Of a stretch of 64,000 nt of DNA, positions 12,301 to 24,300 are shown one piece after another. The stretch is from NCBI GenBank assembly GCA_002633005.1, contig NMRA01000434.1, forward strand, positions 27,874 through 91,873, given 5' to 3'. The notes below the pieces were generated by a model that saw only the letters and a list, made by a program, of their open reading frames with translations, was not told the origin of the DNA and made no database searches. Position 1 is the stretch's first letter; each line of letters opens with the position of its first letter. The position numbers and the translations under genes were made by a program. This DNA comes from Phoronis australis. Lineage: Eukaryota; Animalia; Phoronida.

Positions 12301-15300
12301 TAAAAAGGATGTAGTATCGCATTGTGAAAGTTGTGGTATATATTGGATCCTCAAGTGATCATACAGGAAGCATCTTGTTAAGAAGTGGAACTCATCTTTT
12401 AAATGTGGGACATTGAAACTTTAATTCTAAAAAAATGGGACACAGGTGACTTCTGTCGCCACCACCTTCAGACTCGAATTTAAGAAAATCAGAATTTTGT
12501 TCAAAGAAATGCCAACTTTGTCATGGGTACTACGATCCATTAAAAATTTTTGAACATTTTCACAAAACTTTCTGCTAGTGATCATTCTATTTTGAACAGT
12601 CTAAACGGTTGAAATCTTGTTCAACACTTAATCCCAAGACTATTTTTTTCACTGCATGTCCCACAAATTGAAAAAAAAATATTTTGACTGGATGGATAAC
12701 CAACAGCCTCCTTACCGGCAGGACAGCGACACTCATAATCATTCGACCGTGGTAGCTGGAAGCACGCGCCGCCATTTTTACACTCATGATTAACACAAGC
12801 ACTCGTTAGAGGGTACTGTACTGATTTGAGGGTTCGAATCTCACAGTAAGTACCAGTAACGCCATCTGGACACTGGCACCTGTAGCCATTCACTTGGTCA
12901 ATGCATGTGGCTCCGTTCTGACAAATATGGCCGACACAGTCGTTAATGTTGTTGGAACAGTTTTTGTTGTCAAATCCTGGCTGGCAAATACACCTGCAAA
13001 ATATAAATGGAAGCAAGTCTCAATTTTGTCATCTGCACCCTTAACCCCATCTACTGTCCAGTCACAGAATTTTCAGCTACAATTATTTTGGTGCACAAAA
13101 TGACTGACAAGACCATCAACCTAACGTGTCAAACCTGGGGCCTGTTCCAAGAAACTGAATTAAGTTCATTTTTTACTTAAGTTTAAGATTTGTCTTAACT
13201 TCCAAACTTTGAAATTTCCATATTCGGTAGCTATAGGTTAGTCAAAATTAAAGCAAAATTTATGTCAAACACTTAAGTCAAAATTAAGATCTCATTCTTG
13301 AAATGGTTTTGAGACAAATTTAACTTTTATTTTAAAATTTACTAAACTTCAAGATTTGTCTTAGCTAAGTCAGTTTTGTTGGAACGGGCCCCTGGACTTC
13401 AACAGTAACAAACTGTCACTTTAATTTTTCCAAGCCCAAAAACTAGTTTGAATCTGATCAAGTAACGAGCAAGATGATGGCAGATAGAACACAGTTTTGA
13501 TTAAAAACAACATGTTATGTTGCTACCATTATGGTCCAAAGTGTATGAAGTTGTAACTAGATCACCAAAAGGCATTAATGACTTTGTGTGATATATTTGT
13601 TAAAAATCAGTACTGTAAACCTTCTTCAGAAGTAAAATGGAAAGCCTAAGCATGACCAATGAAAGTATGGATTGGGATTCCATAAATAATGCTATTGGTA
13701 AGTATACTGATGAAAAAATGAGGTGGTTTAATTATAGAATTGTACATAACATTCTTCCAACAAAATTGTTTTCTCGAAAAAAATGGTATCGTAAACTCAA
13801 ATCTATGTTCTTTGAGCAGTGAAGTCCCAGAATCAATTGTACATTTGTTCTGGGAGTGTAGATATGTTAAAATTTTGTGGAACAAATTACTATTTTGGCT
13901 CAAGCAGATTTTTCATAAATTAATATTTCAGCAAAAGAAGGTTTTGTTAGGTTTTTGCAATACAAGTTTGTATATGAAATCATATTTTGCTTAACGAAAA
14001 TGTTTATATATAGGGAGAAATTTAAGGAAGCTGTACCTATTTTTGATAACTTACCGGCTTATATCATAGATTAGTGTAAAGTTGATTACTTGATTTGTAA
14101 ACAAAATTTTTGAGTTGGAGCAACACATAACTAAGTGGAAAGATCTTGCATATTTTATTTAGAATCTCTGCCTATCATACTTGGTATTTATTGTTGTTGT
14201 TTGTGACTAAGTGTGCACACTTGCTATGTATATATGTTTTGTAAATATGTTTTTCTGCAAAAATAAAAAAATCAAACAAAAAAGATGAGGGCAGTTTTCA
14301 GAAATAGACATTTTCTAGCATAAGGCAGCTATAGGTGTATGACAGCTTTATCATTAGGGCGTTCTCCCGCTCAGTGACATCACGAGGCATAGAGCGGTGG
14401 TGAACAAATGGTAACATCTAGCTCCTTTATCAGATCAGAGCAATCATCTAAAGAGAGCTGGACCTCTAACCACAAATACCTAAATGGTGATAATCAGTCG
14501 TGTAAGATACTGGCTACGGCAGTCAACTTCCCAACTTGTTCGTTTGCCATCGTATCAAACAAGTTGGGAGTCAACAGAAGAACGCTATTATGGTTGCAAA
14601 TGCACATGAAATGCACCCACGGTACTTCACCGATAACGAAGACACAAATTGAGCGTAAGTATGGTAAATATTTGATCCTCAGGCCTGTCACTTATGACCA
14701 GATCTCTAAACAATGATATCATTTCATGTACTTTACCTGTAATCTTTAATGAGTGGAACACAGGTGGACCCATCATGGCAAGGGTTGAATTCAGAACAAA
14801 AGTTGATCTCCTTTTCACAGTAATTACCTACAAACCAGATGAGTTTCTCAGATTTTTATCAACTCCATGAACACCATGAGCAGCTAACTTAACCCATTGG
14901 AGTTTGCCAATGAAATAAGTTTTGTTCATCTAACTATACACTCTGCTGTCTGTGGTACAGTTAAAGCCAGTTTAATAGCACACCTGGCTACATAACCAGC
15001 TTAAATTTGATAATTTCCTTATCAATATCGATTTATTACTATGCAACAGTTTAAGAGTTTACCTGAGAAGAAACGAGCAAATACAATATATATACCCAGT
15101 ATAATGCAATAAAAATCAAAACAACCATAAGAGCTACCACTTTGTGACTGAGAAGTATGTAACAGGGAGCTATCAGCATATCCCAAGCCTAATTACCCAT
15201 AAATCCCTTGGGACAACTGCAGGAATATTCATCGATGAGGTCGACACACTCAGCGCCGTTGAGACATTTGTGGCCGAGACAGTCGTTGATGTTTGTTTCG

Positions 15301-18300
15301 CAGCGGTCACCCTCAAAACCAGCCGGACACAGGCAACTGGAGAGGAAAGAACAGTTCACCAAATGAAATGATATTGACATGAAGACAATTAACCCTTCCT
15401 CATTAAGTGGGACAATTGTTATCGCTGAATTCAGTGAACAACTGAAGATATACATTCCAATTATTTTGTCACAATATAGTTGAAACTGAGGTTAAAATAT
15501 AATTAGGATATTTGCCTTGAAATTTAAGATCAGGCCACATCCGTGTGGATTTTCCAATCATAATGGGTTTGAGACATAATGAAGCTCTTTGCTTTAATCT
15601 TGCCCCTTAAACAATGGTTTAGATTTAATTTGCAAGACATAATTAACATGACTGAATATCAGCTAGAGCGAGTCACAGTAAACATTACCATAACAAATGA
15701 GGCAAATAACTATGGTGAAACTCAATCAGATGTCGACAATAAAAGTATTTAATTGCTAAAAACGGCATGTTTTTATCTTTTCAAAGGCTTGCTATACAAT
15801 GCTGTAAGTGTCTGGAATTTAACAATTAAATATACCTCTGTACTAGCTGCACCATGCATACTAATCTAACAATGGAAGAAAATATTTTCATAGAGAAATT
15901 AGATAAAATGAAATATTTCTGTTACCACACTATATTCAAACACAGGAAATTTGACAGTAGCTGTACTCCACTATGTGAATAACTCATCACCTAAATCTAC
16001 CATACTGGTCCGCCACTGTACATGTTTGACAGTAGCTGTACTACCCCACTATGTGAATATCTCCTCACCTAAATCTGCCATACAGGTCCGCCACTGTACA
16101 TGTTGACAGTAGCTGTACTACCCCACTATGTGAATAACTCCTCACCTAAATCTGCCATACTGGTCCACCACTGTACATGTTTGACAGTAGCTGTACTACC
16201 CCACTATGTAAATATCTCCTCACCTAAATCTGCCATACTGGTCCACCACTGTACATGTTTGACAGTAGTTGTACTACCCCACTATGTGAATATCTCATCA
16301 CCTAAATCTGCCATACTGGTCCATCACTGTACAAGTTCGACAGTAGCTGCACTACCCCACTATGTGAATATCTCCTCACCTAAATCTGCCATACTGGTCT
16401 ACCACTCACTGTACATGTTTGACAGTAGCTGTACCACACCACTATGCGAATGACTCCTTACCTAAATCTACCATACTGGTCCACCACTGTACATGGTTGA
16501 CAGTAGCTGTACTACCCCACTACGTGAATATCTCCTCACCTAAATCTGCCATACTGGTCCACCACTGTACATGTTCCACCATTAGTACAGGGTTGTCCGA
16601 AACAAGCGTCAATCATATTCTCACAGCGCTGCCCGTGGAAACCAATGGGGCACTCACATTCATAGTCATTGAACTTTCTCAGGTGACACGTGGCCCCATT
16701 TTGACATGGGTGGGTGTAACAGATATCGCACTTGGCTAGTATTGCAGGGTCAGGGTTTTCTGAAATATGAATATACGTAATCAACAATTCACTTAGTAAT
16801 TTTTTCTGCAAAATAATGAAACAATCAAACGCTAATAAATTGACACATTACAATACTGATTTTTTCACGTTTTTTTTACTTAGTTCTCACACACTTCAAA
16901 AACCATGGATATAATTTTTTAAGAAAGAACCAAGTAAATTCAAGTTCCAACAAGAACGTTTGGTGTATTGAAACTCAAGGTCATCAAGTCAACTTCAGTA
17001 GAGAAACATTGCATTATGTTTCACATAGTCATAACCAGGAGGCGCCTTGCAATTGAGGTTCATTTATTGGCACCAAAGGCTCCTTGATGTTGGTTTTAGA
17101 TTACGATAATTCTCAACTTATTTCACATAAAAACAATAGCTAATAATTGCCATTTTCCACAGAGTGATTATCAAAATGCTTTACTTGTGACATAGTAGAA
17201 ACCATGCTAGTAATTGACTTACAAAAATTTAATCTTGTAAAAAAGAAATTTGACAAAATATAGTTTCACTTGTCTGTCATTGTGTGCATGCTAAATAGGT
17301 GAGGAACTACAGGGCATACAATTCTTGACAGTATATAGCCAATACGCACCATCACAGAGGAAACTGTCGGGCACCGTATTCAACAGCAGAGTGTTAACCA
17401 TGGACTTTGGTCCAGTGCAGATGGCTATGCCAGGCTCACGGTAGTCCTTTTTAATCCAATCAGCCAGCCATTTGATCTTACAGTCACAGTAGAGGCTATT
17501 GGTGCCCAGAGCACTGAAAGTATACCTCAGTGATTTAGTTTGTTAGACCTAAATTAACATAATGCCGGTTGCTTCTCCCACAAGCTGACAGTACATAATG
17601 TCATTTCTAAAATCTGCTGGTCTATCCAGATGAAGCTCTAGCCTATTTACATTGCCGCAATGTTTCAGTTGGTCATTTCACCAGTCATCATCAGGTGTTC
17701 CAGAGTTCTTAGAATAAACGTCAAGCAATCAATATAGGCTAGTGCTTGGTTTAAATAGACCAATACATTTTAGAGAACATTGCATAAATCAAAGTATCTA
17801 AAAGTTTCATATGAATGTGATCAGTTATTTCTGAGATACAATGTTCCAAAGCTATAGCCACAAATTTGGACATTTTTCTAGGGTAGTACATAACTTTAAC
17901 TGCATTTGCCACAGCCATCAAACACAAGGAGAACATATGCACCAATGCAATCAGCTTTTGAAAATAAAAATGATATCCAAGTGACTAACTTCTGTTTCAA
18001 TTTTTACGCAACCATGCGCATGTATATATCATGCCACTATTTACTCACAGATGAGTGAGTGATGTCATATCTTCAAAAGAGCCATAAGGTATAGTAGAGA
18101 TGTTGTTGGCATGTAAAGACAGCACTCGCAGGTTGCTGAGACCAGCGAAACTCTTGGACTGTATGCACTGCAGTTGATTGAATGCGAGAATCCTGCAAAC
18201 AAAATTCAATGTCATTCGTACAACACTGAACAACAACAGGGACGGACAAAATTTTCCACACTTGGAGCCCATTACCTCTTAAGTCTTCTGAAAATCCAGA

Positions 18301-21300
18301 AATATTTTGTGCAATTGCTTTTTGAACCTGTCTATTGTGTGTGGAGATCACTAAACTCTTGAAGTTGAAACAATCAACAGATCATTTGCAGTATGACCAC
18401 GTTTAATCTCGTGCAAAGCTTAACACAATGAGCGAGAATGCGTACAGCGCAAGCCAAAAGTTTTCAGACAAAAAATCACTACCCTTAATTCCCCGTTATG
18501 ACAGCTGGGCAGAAGACAAATTCCTCATCAGAGTAGTCTTCTCTCATGACCAAGAATGAAAGCGAATTAGCAGCAAATTTAGTAAGGTGCCTAAGCTATT
18601 CTGTAATTGGAATTTTGCCACCGTAAGAGTTATTACCAGTCATTTATGCTGTAAACAGAATTTAAGCCATCCTAACGGGATAACGCTATTTTGTATAGTT
18701 ACATTCCTCTTGTGCTGTGTTCTACATTGCTGGTGGATGCAACGCCTGATCATATGCTTGTGATCTCATGTTGAAACCTCAAGCAAAGTTGGAGCAACCA
18801 GACAAACATAGTCCACAGTACATACACGTGAGTACGCTATACTGCACACATACGAATAAAGAAAATCATTCCCGAGTTTGAAACCTCACCTTGACCTAAT
18901 TACCAATGGGTGTGGCTTTAACCAAACTGCATGTTTAGCATGCCTAACAAATACCAATACGGTAAAATCTCACCAATTTCGGAATCAAAAATTATAATTG
19001 TCAAAAATGCCTTTTTCATTTCTTAAAATTATTTTGATGGTAGCTGTGGGTACAAAACTTAAACAAATAAAATGGTTTAACTTGGAACAAATATGGAAAA
19101 AATGATATAACAACTCAGTTGTTGACCATATTGTCTTACATTTTTAAGATTTTGCTATTAATACCATAACTTATTTTTGTACTTTAACAAAGTGGTCTAC
19201 CAGCTTACATAAAAAATTGGCCTAATGAGAAAAACACCTGCATGTGTCTACTTACAATGAGGATAGTAAAGTGTTTTTGACAAAGGCATTGTCTGGCAAT
19301 GCAGCAAGCTTATTGCGGCTGAGATCTCTGAAATGAAAAAGAACAGTTAATTGACAGCAATACTTTACATGAAGCCTTCATCAAAGATCAAACATTACAT
19401 TAACACATGTATTAGCAGTGGAAAATCACTGCTCCAACTACTGCACAAAATGATCCAGCATCATACCTTTGCGTGAAAAAAGGAAAATTAAATACCTCAA
19501 CTCAACTGGTTTGTAATTTCTCACCTGTTTCTGCTTTTATATCACCCAGTAATGAGAGGTGTTCTGATTGATACTTTACACAGCTTGCAATAAGCTTAAA
19601 AATGATGTGAATGTCTACCAATTCGATGTACTAAACACAGTCAGCAAGATTAGTTGGGAGGACATACCAAAAGACTTTCTTTTCAGCTGCAGTTCCAGGA
19701 TTTTGTCCACATAGTGTGCATTCGAGTTATTTCCATAGCAGGAATGTATAAGTGATCAACTATAGGGGTGGTTCGTGGTCCCTTGGACCCCCTCTGCATC
19801 CGCGCCTGCTTTGTCTTTACTGTTTCCAAGAACTCCTTTGGTAGGATAATCACGTAAAAATAACATTTACTATCGCGCACTTACACTTTAGTCAACTTGG
19901 TAAGCCTGTCTAGTTGCCCGTCAATCTCCTTAATGTTGTTATTGTCGAGGTACAGTTCCGTCGTATCCAGTGGGATGTCACGTGGTATCTGGTTCAGCCT
20001 GGCCCCACTGCATCGTATGACCGTGCCCTGACACTTACACTTGGGTGGGCAGTAAGCTCTCTGTTCACAGCTGTTCATTGACTCCGAAGCGACTTCAGGG
20101 TCAGGGCAACACTGGGGGTGACCTCTGTTGCACCCCACATCATTCCACTCTGGAAGATTGACCAAAAAATAACATCAACAATGACAACAATAACAATAAC
20201 AAAATAATAATAATAATAATAATAACAAGCAATTACAGTAGTAAATAAGGTAATTATCAATGATGTACAGGATAGTCATGGGCCCAACAAAGTACACCTA
20301 CTTTTTAACAATGCACAAACAGGCTTCAAGTAACTATAACATGTCTTTTTTGTAATATGCATAAAAAGCACTAATTTGCTTTATACTGAGGAACTCTGAA
20401 ATTGCTTCCATTTTAAAACAGATGTTCTAAACAGACGATACAGAATGTACGCTTTATAGATACAGTCGGCAAAAATACTTATAGCCGAGTTATGAGAGAA
20501 GTGTGTGATACTGACCTTCGCAGACAAAGTCAGTGCTGGGCAGGTCCATCAGAGGGATGTTGTGCACGGTGGACGGTCCATCACAGCGCAAGTGACCAGT
20601 AACAATCTTTCGAGTCCTCAGCCAATCAACAAGCCAGCCCAGGTTACAGTTACACAGGAATGGATTGGCCAGCAGGTTACTGCAATAACAGATCTCCTAA
20701 TAGTAATTGTCAAACGTAATAAAAATAATGATAAATAATTATAATAGTATAAAATGATAACATTTGGATAAATGGTTAAACAACGATGGTATGTAGTGGT
20801 TGTATTGTAGTTGACAACTTAATTGCATGTATAATTTCAGATATTAAACAGACCACAGTGCCCTTGGTCTTAGAAAAACATTGTACATACAATCATTTAT
20901 CAGCATCACAATTTATTCTCTTTTACCTATTCACTGCAACTTTTAGATTAGAATCAAGAGATGAAATATGGCTAAACAAAACTGTACCCACATCACCAGT
21001 CAAAGGCCAGTATACTCACAGTGTAGCCAGGTGTGACTGTCTATCAAATGCCCCTTTAGCGACACACGTCACCTGATTATCATAGAGTGAGATGAGGCGT
21101 AGGGAGGGCATCTCCAGGAAGGTGGAGTTATTAATACAGGTCAACTTGTTGCTTCGTAACATTCTGGAATGGAAACTGGGTCTCCTCACTACGTATTTCA
21201 CTCAGAACAATGTGACAACCTTCCTTTAATTGGGACGGTCTCTCAATTCCGTACGTTGAATCTTGTCAGAAAGGTGAAAGCAAAATATTTACGATCTTTT

Positions 21301-24300
21301 CAGAAAAGGCATTTTATTAACAAAAACATTTCAGAAAATTTTACATGCATATAATTTACAATTCTAATGACCAATTCTTTTCATTTTTGTCACAAATTTA
21401 GCAACACAGATACCAACTTTTAGGAAACATTGAGATGTGCTGGAAGGTTTGTAACACGCGCGATTCATTCTTATTTTTTAGTAGTCAGACAATGTTTTGT
21501 AGGCCAATGAAAGTTAATTTCACCTGAGTTAAAACAAAAACAAAAATAAGAACGAGTTTTGAAAAAAAAATCGCTACAAATGATATAGTGAGACCATCCT
21601 ATAATTTTTACGTCATCAGTTATAATTTGTTGCTTACATAACCACATAAAACCTTACAGATAAAAAGTAAAATATTAGATAATACTAAACACACCAAAAA
21701 ATGTGCCAAACCAAACTATAGTACGATAAAATCTCACCAATTTAGGACAAAATATGGCTGACAAGTAAAATTATTTCTTCATTTTTCATCAAAGAGAAGT
21801 AGCACCAACCGAATGCTTTAACATTTTACAGTTCTATACCACGGATACAACCACACGTTTTGGGAAACTGTGGCCATTCATAACAATCTTAGGATGCTTT
21901 GAAAAACAAAAAAAAACAAGTAACAATTTTGAGAAATATTTTTGTCCAAAATACGTAAGATTTTATCGTAAACTATGAAATGCCATCTTAACAATACTAA
22001 CAGAGTTTGAAGTCTCCTTAGACCCTGGAACATGCCCCGGCGAAGGTAGGTTAAACCATTCTCTGTCAACTGACTGCAAAAACAACAGTGAGTCAGTCAG
22101 ATGTAATGCAGGTGAGATACGCCTCATCTGTGGGCATTATCATTAAGGCTCATGTTGGGAGCTTGGCAAGATCATGCGGGCTTAGTGGAATGCAAGATCT
22201 CAGCTGCATTTCAATCACCAAGATGTGCTTAACCTCTTACCAAATAGCTGCCAATCAAAGTGATAAGACTGCACTGTCAAGTGACAGATAGTAATAAATT
22301 AATGCTTGACATTATTCCTCCTGCAAAAGACAACATACCACATTTTACAATGGTGTAAAGGATTTAAGAAAGATCTTAGAGAATGGCAACTTCCAACTCT
22401 GACTTGCTCTTTATCTAGTAATTTAGGATTTTGTAATTAAACTGGATATTTTTTCTCAAATAAATGCGCACTACAAAAAGCTTTGAAAGTCTGACAGTAA
22501 CATTCAGCCAGCAAGTTTGTGTTTTGATATTTTGTCACGGTGAAAATGCGATTCGTGTGTCAGTCACATGTTTTAACAAAGTTGAAATACTATCAATTCT
22601 AAAGATGGTGCATACTTACAGGTAGTCAAGGTGCATACTTACAGGTAGTCAAGGTGATTATTTCCCAGGAAGGCTCCTTCTTCAATTTTTTCAATTTTAT
22701 TATTACGGAAATCTCTGAAACACACACCAGTCAATAATCAAATCAGTGTAAAATAAGCCACTCTATAACGAAAGATACAACTTACAACTGAATAATACAT
22801 TATCATTAAAAGTAAATTACAATATACCATGCATGACTTAAAATATCGGATATCACAAAGTTCAACCTTATTCACTTTAAAACAACTCCTTAAAATAGAA
22901 TTTGATGCTAGGAAAGCAATGTTTGAAAAATCCACTTACAGTTTACGTAAAAATTCCAGAGTTCTCAATGAACTGTCTTTTTTAATTACTGAAATGCTGT
23001 TGTCTCGCAAATATCTGAAACCACAATTTTTCAAAAGATGAGTTAAAATGCAAAGCAAATATTCAGACGTGAGGAAAAATTCATCATGGAGACCTACAGT
23101 GTCTTATTAATTTAGACTATGGCAATTGTAGAACAAGTAAAGTGAGACAAGCAAAATAGCCAAAGAAATGTTTTGTAAATAGACCTTCCTGTCACACACA
23201 CTACACAATCGATATTTCAATTAATTGACGGCCCTTCTATTTGTCGAAACGTTGCAAGGAAAATTAACAAAGTGGAAATTCCCACACTCATTAACTGAAT
23301 CATGTCTATCACAGGAAATTGACATTTTCAAATAGAACATCATCTGCGAATGAACACCCACTGGGGGTATGGCAAACAAAGGGTACTGTTTCAGAAGAAT
23401 AGCAAATTTGTGTACACTGGAAACAGGTCTGAAGAGCTACTTTTGATTATCAAGTGCTGGAGTATCCATTCATGTTAATGCCCAGGGCAACTAATACTGA
23501 GAAAGGAGGTGTCAAGCCAAGTATAATCGAAAAAGGGCAACTGAAAGAGAACAGTTGTGTTTATTGGTTCATAACACCTGCAATTTACTCTATCGTGCTA
23601 AGGTTATACATGCTACGGCTTTTGGAACTTTTCGAAAATCATGAGGTGGGCATTCAGCTAAACACGGACATTTGAACCTGAATGGATATGCAAATTACTT
23701 GTTTCTTTTTGCAAAACTAACGAGGAAACGTCTGTTTCAAAATCAAAGCAAGTGGCCTTAACAAATCAATGGGTGACACCCGACATAAGGAAAAAGAGAG
23801 TACCCACAACTACTTACTGGGATTTTCCTTAAGTTTCACATGTACAAGGTTGCGTTTCACATGACCCAGGGGCAGATCCAGGATTTTTTAAACGAGGTCA
23901 GATCAAAAATTTTTTTTAAAAAGGGGGTCAAAGTCAACAATTTAAAAGTCTAGATTTGATTCACTAAAATCAAGAGAAAAGGGGGGCTCCGGACCCCATT
24001 GACCCCCCCTGGATCCGCCTATGTGGCCTACGTAGACGTTAACCAGCACTTGCCGCAGAAAATCTTCACTTAAGGAACAGGAACACAATCAAAATTCAAC
24101 ATTTTAACTTCACCGACCAATCAGTTCTACTAGTGGCCACCCTTTTGTTAGGATAGGCTAGTACTTTCACGAGCATATTCGTAGCTACAATGGTCGCTTT
24201 TCGGTCATATGATTATACACGTTTTTTTTTCAAGATCTCGCCTTTCTCGCAAGAACCTAGGTCTACAGAATGCTTTCCTGTGTTGCTTACAATTCAGTGG

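Noticed and set aside
15950-16575. CRISPR-like periodicity and the repetitive + strand ORFs at 16100-16739
   Set aside because: Whole units repeat with no unique spacers, there are no cas genes and the context is eukaryotic. The ORFs arise because the unit length is a multiple of 3.
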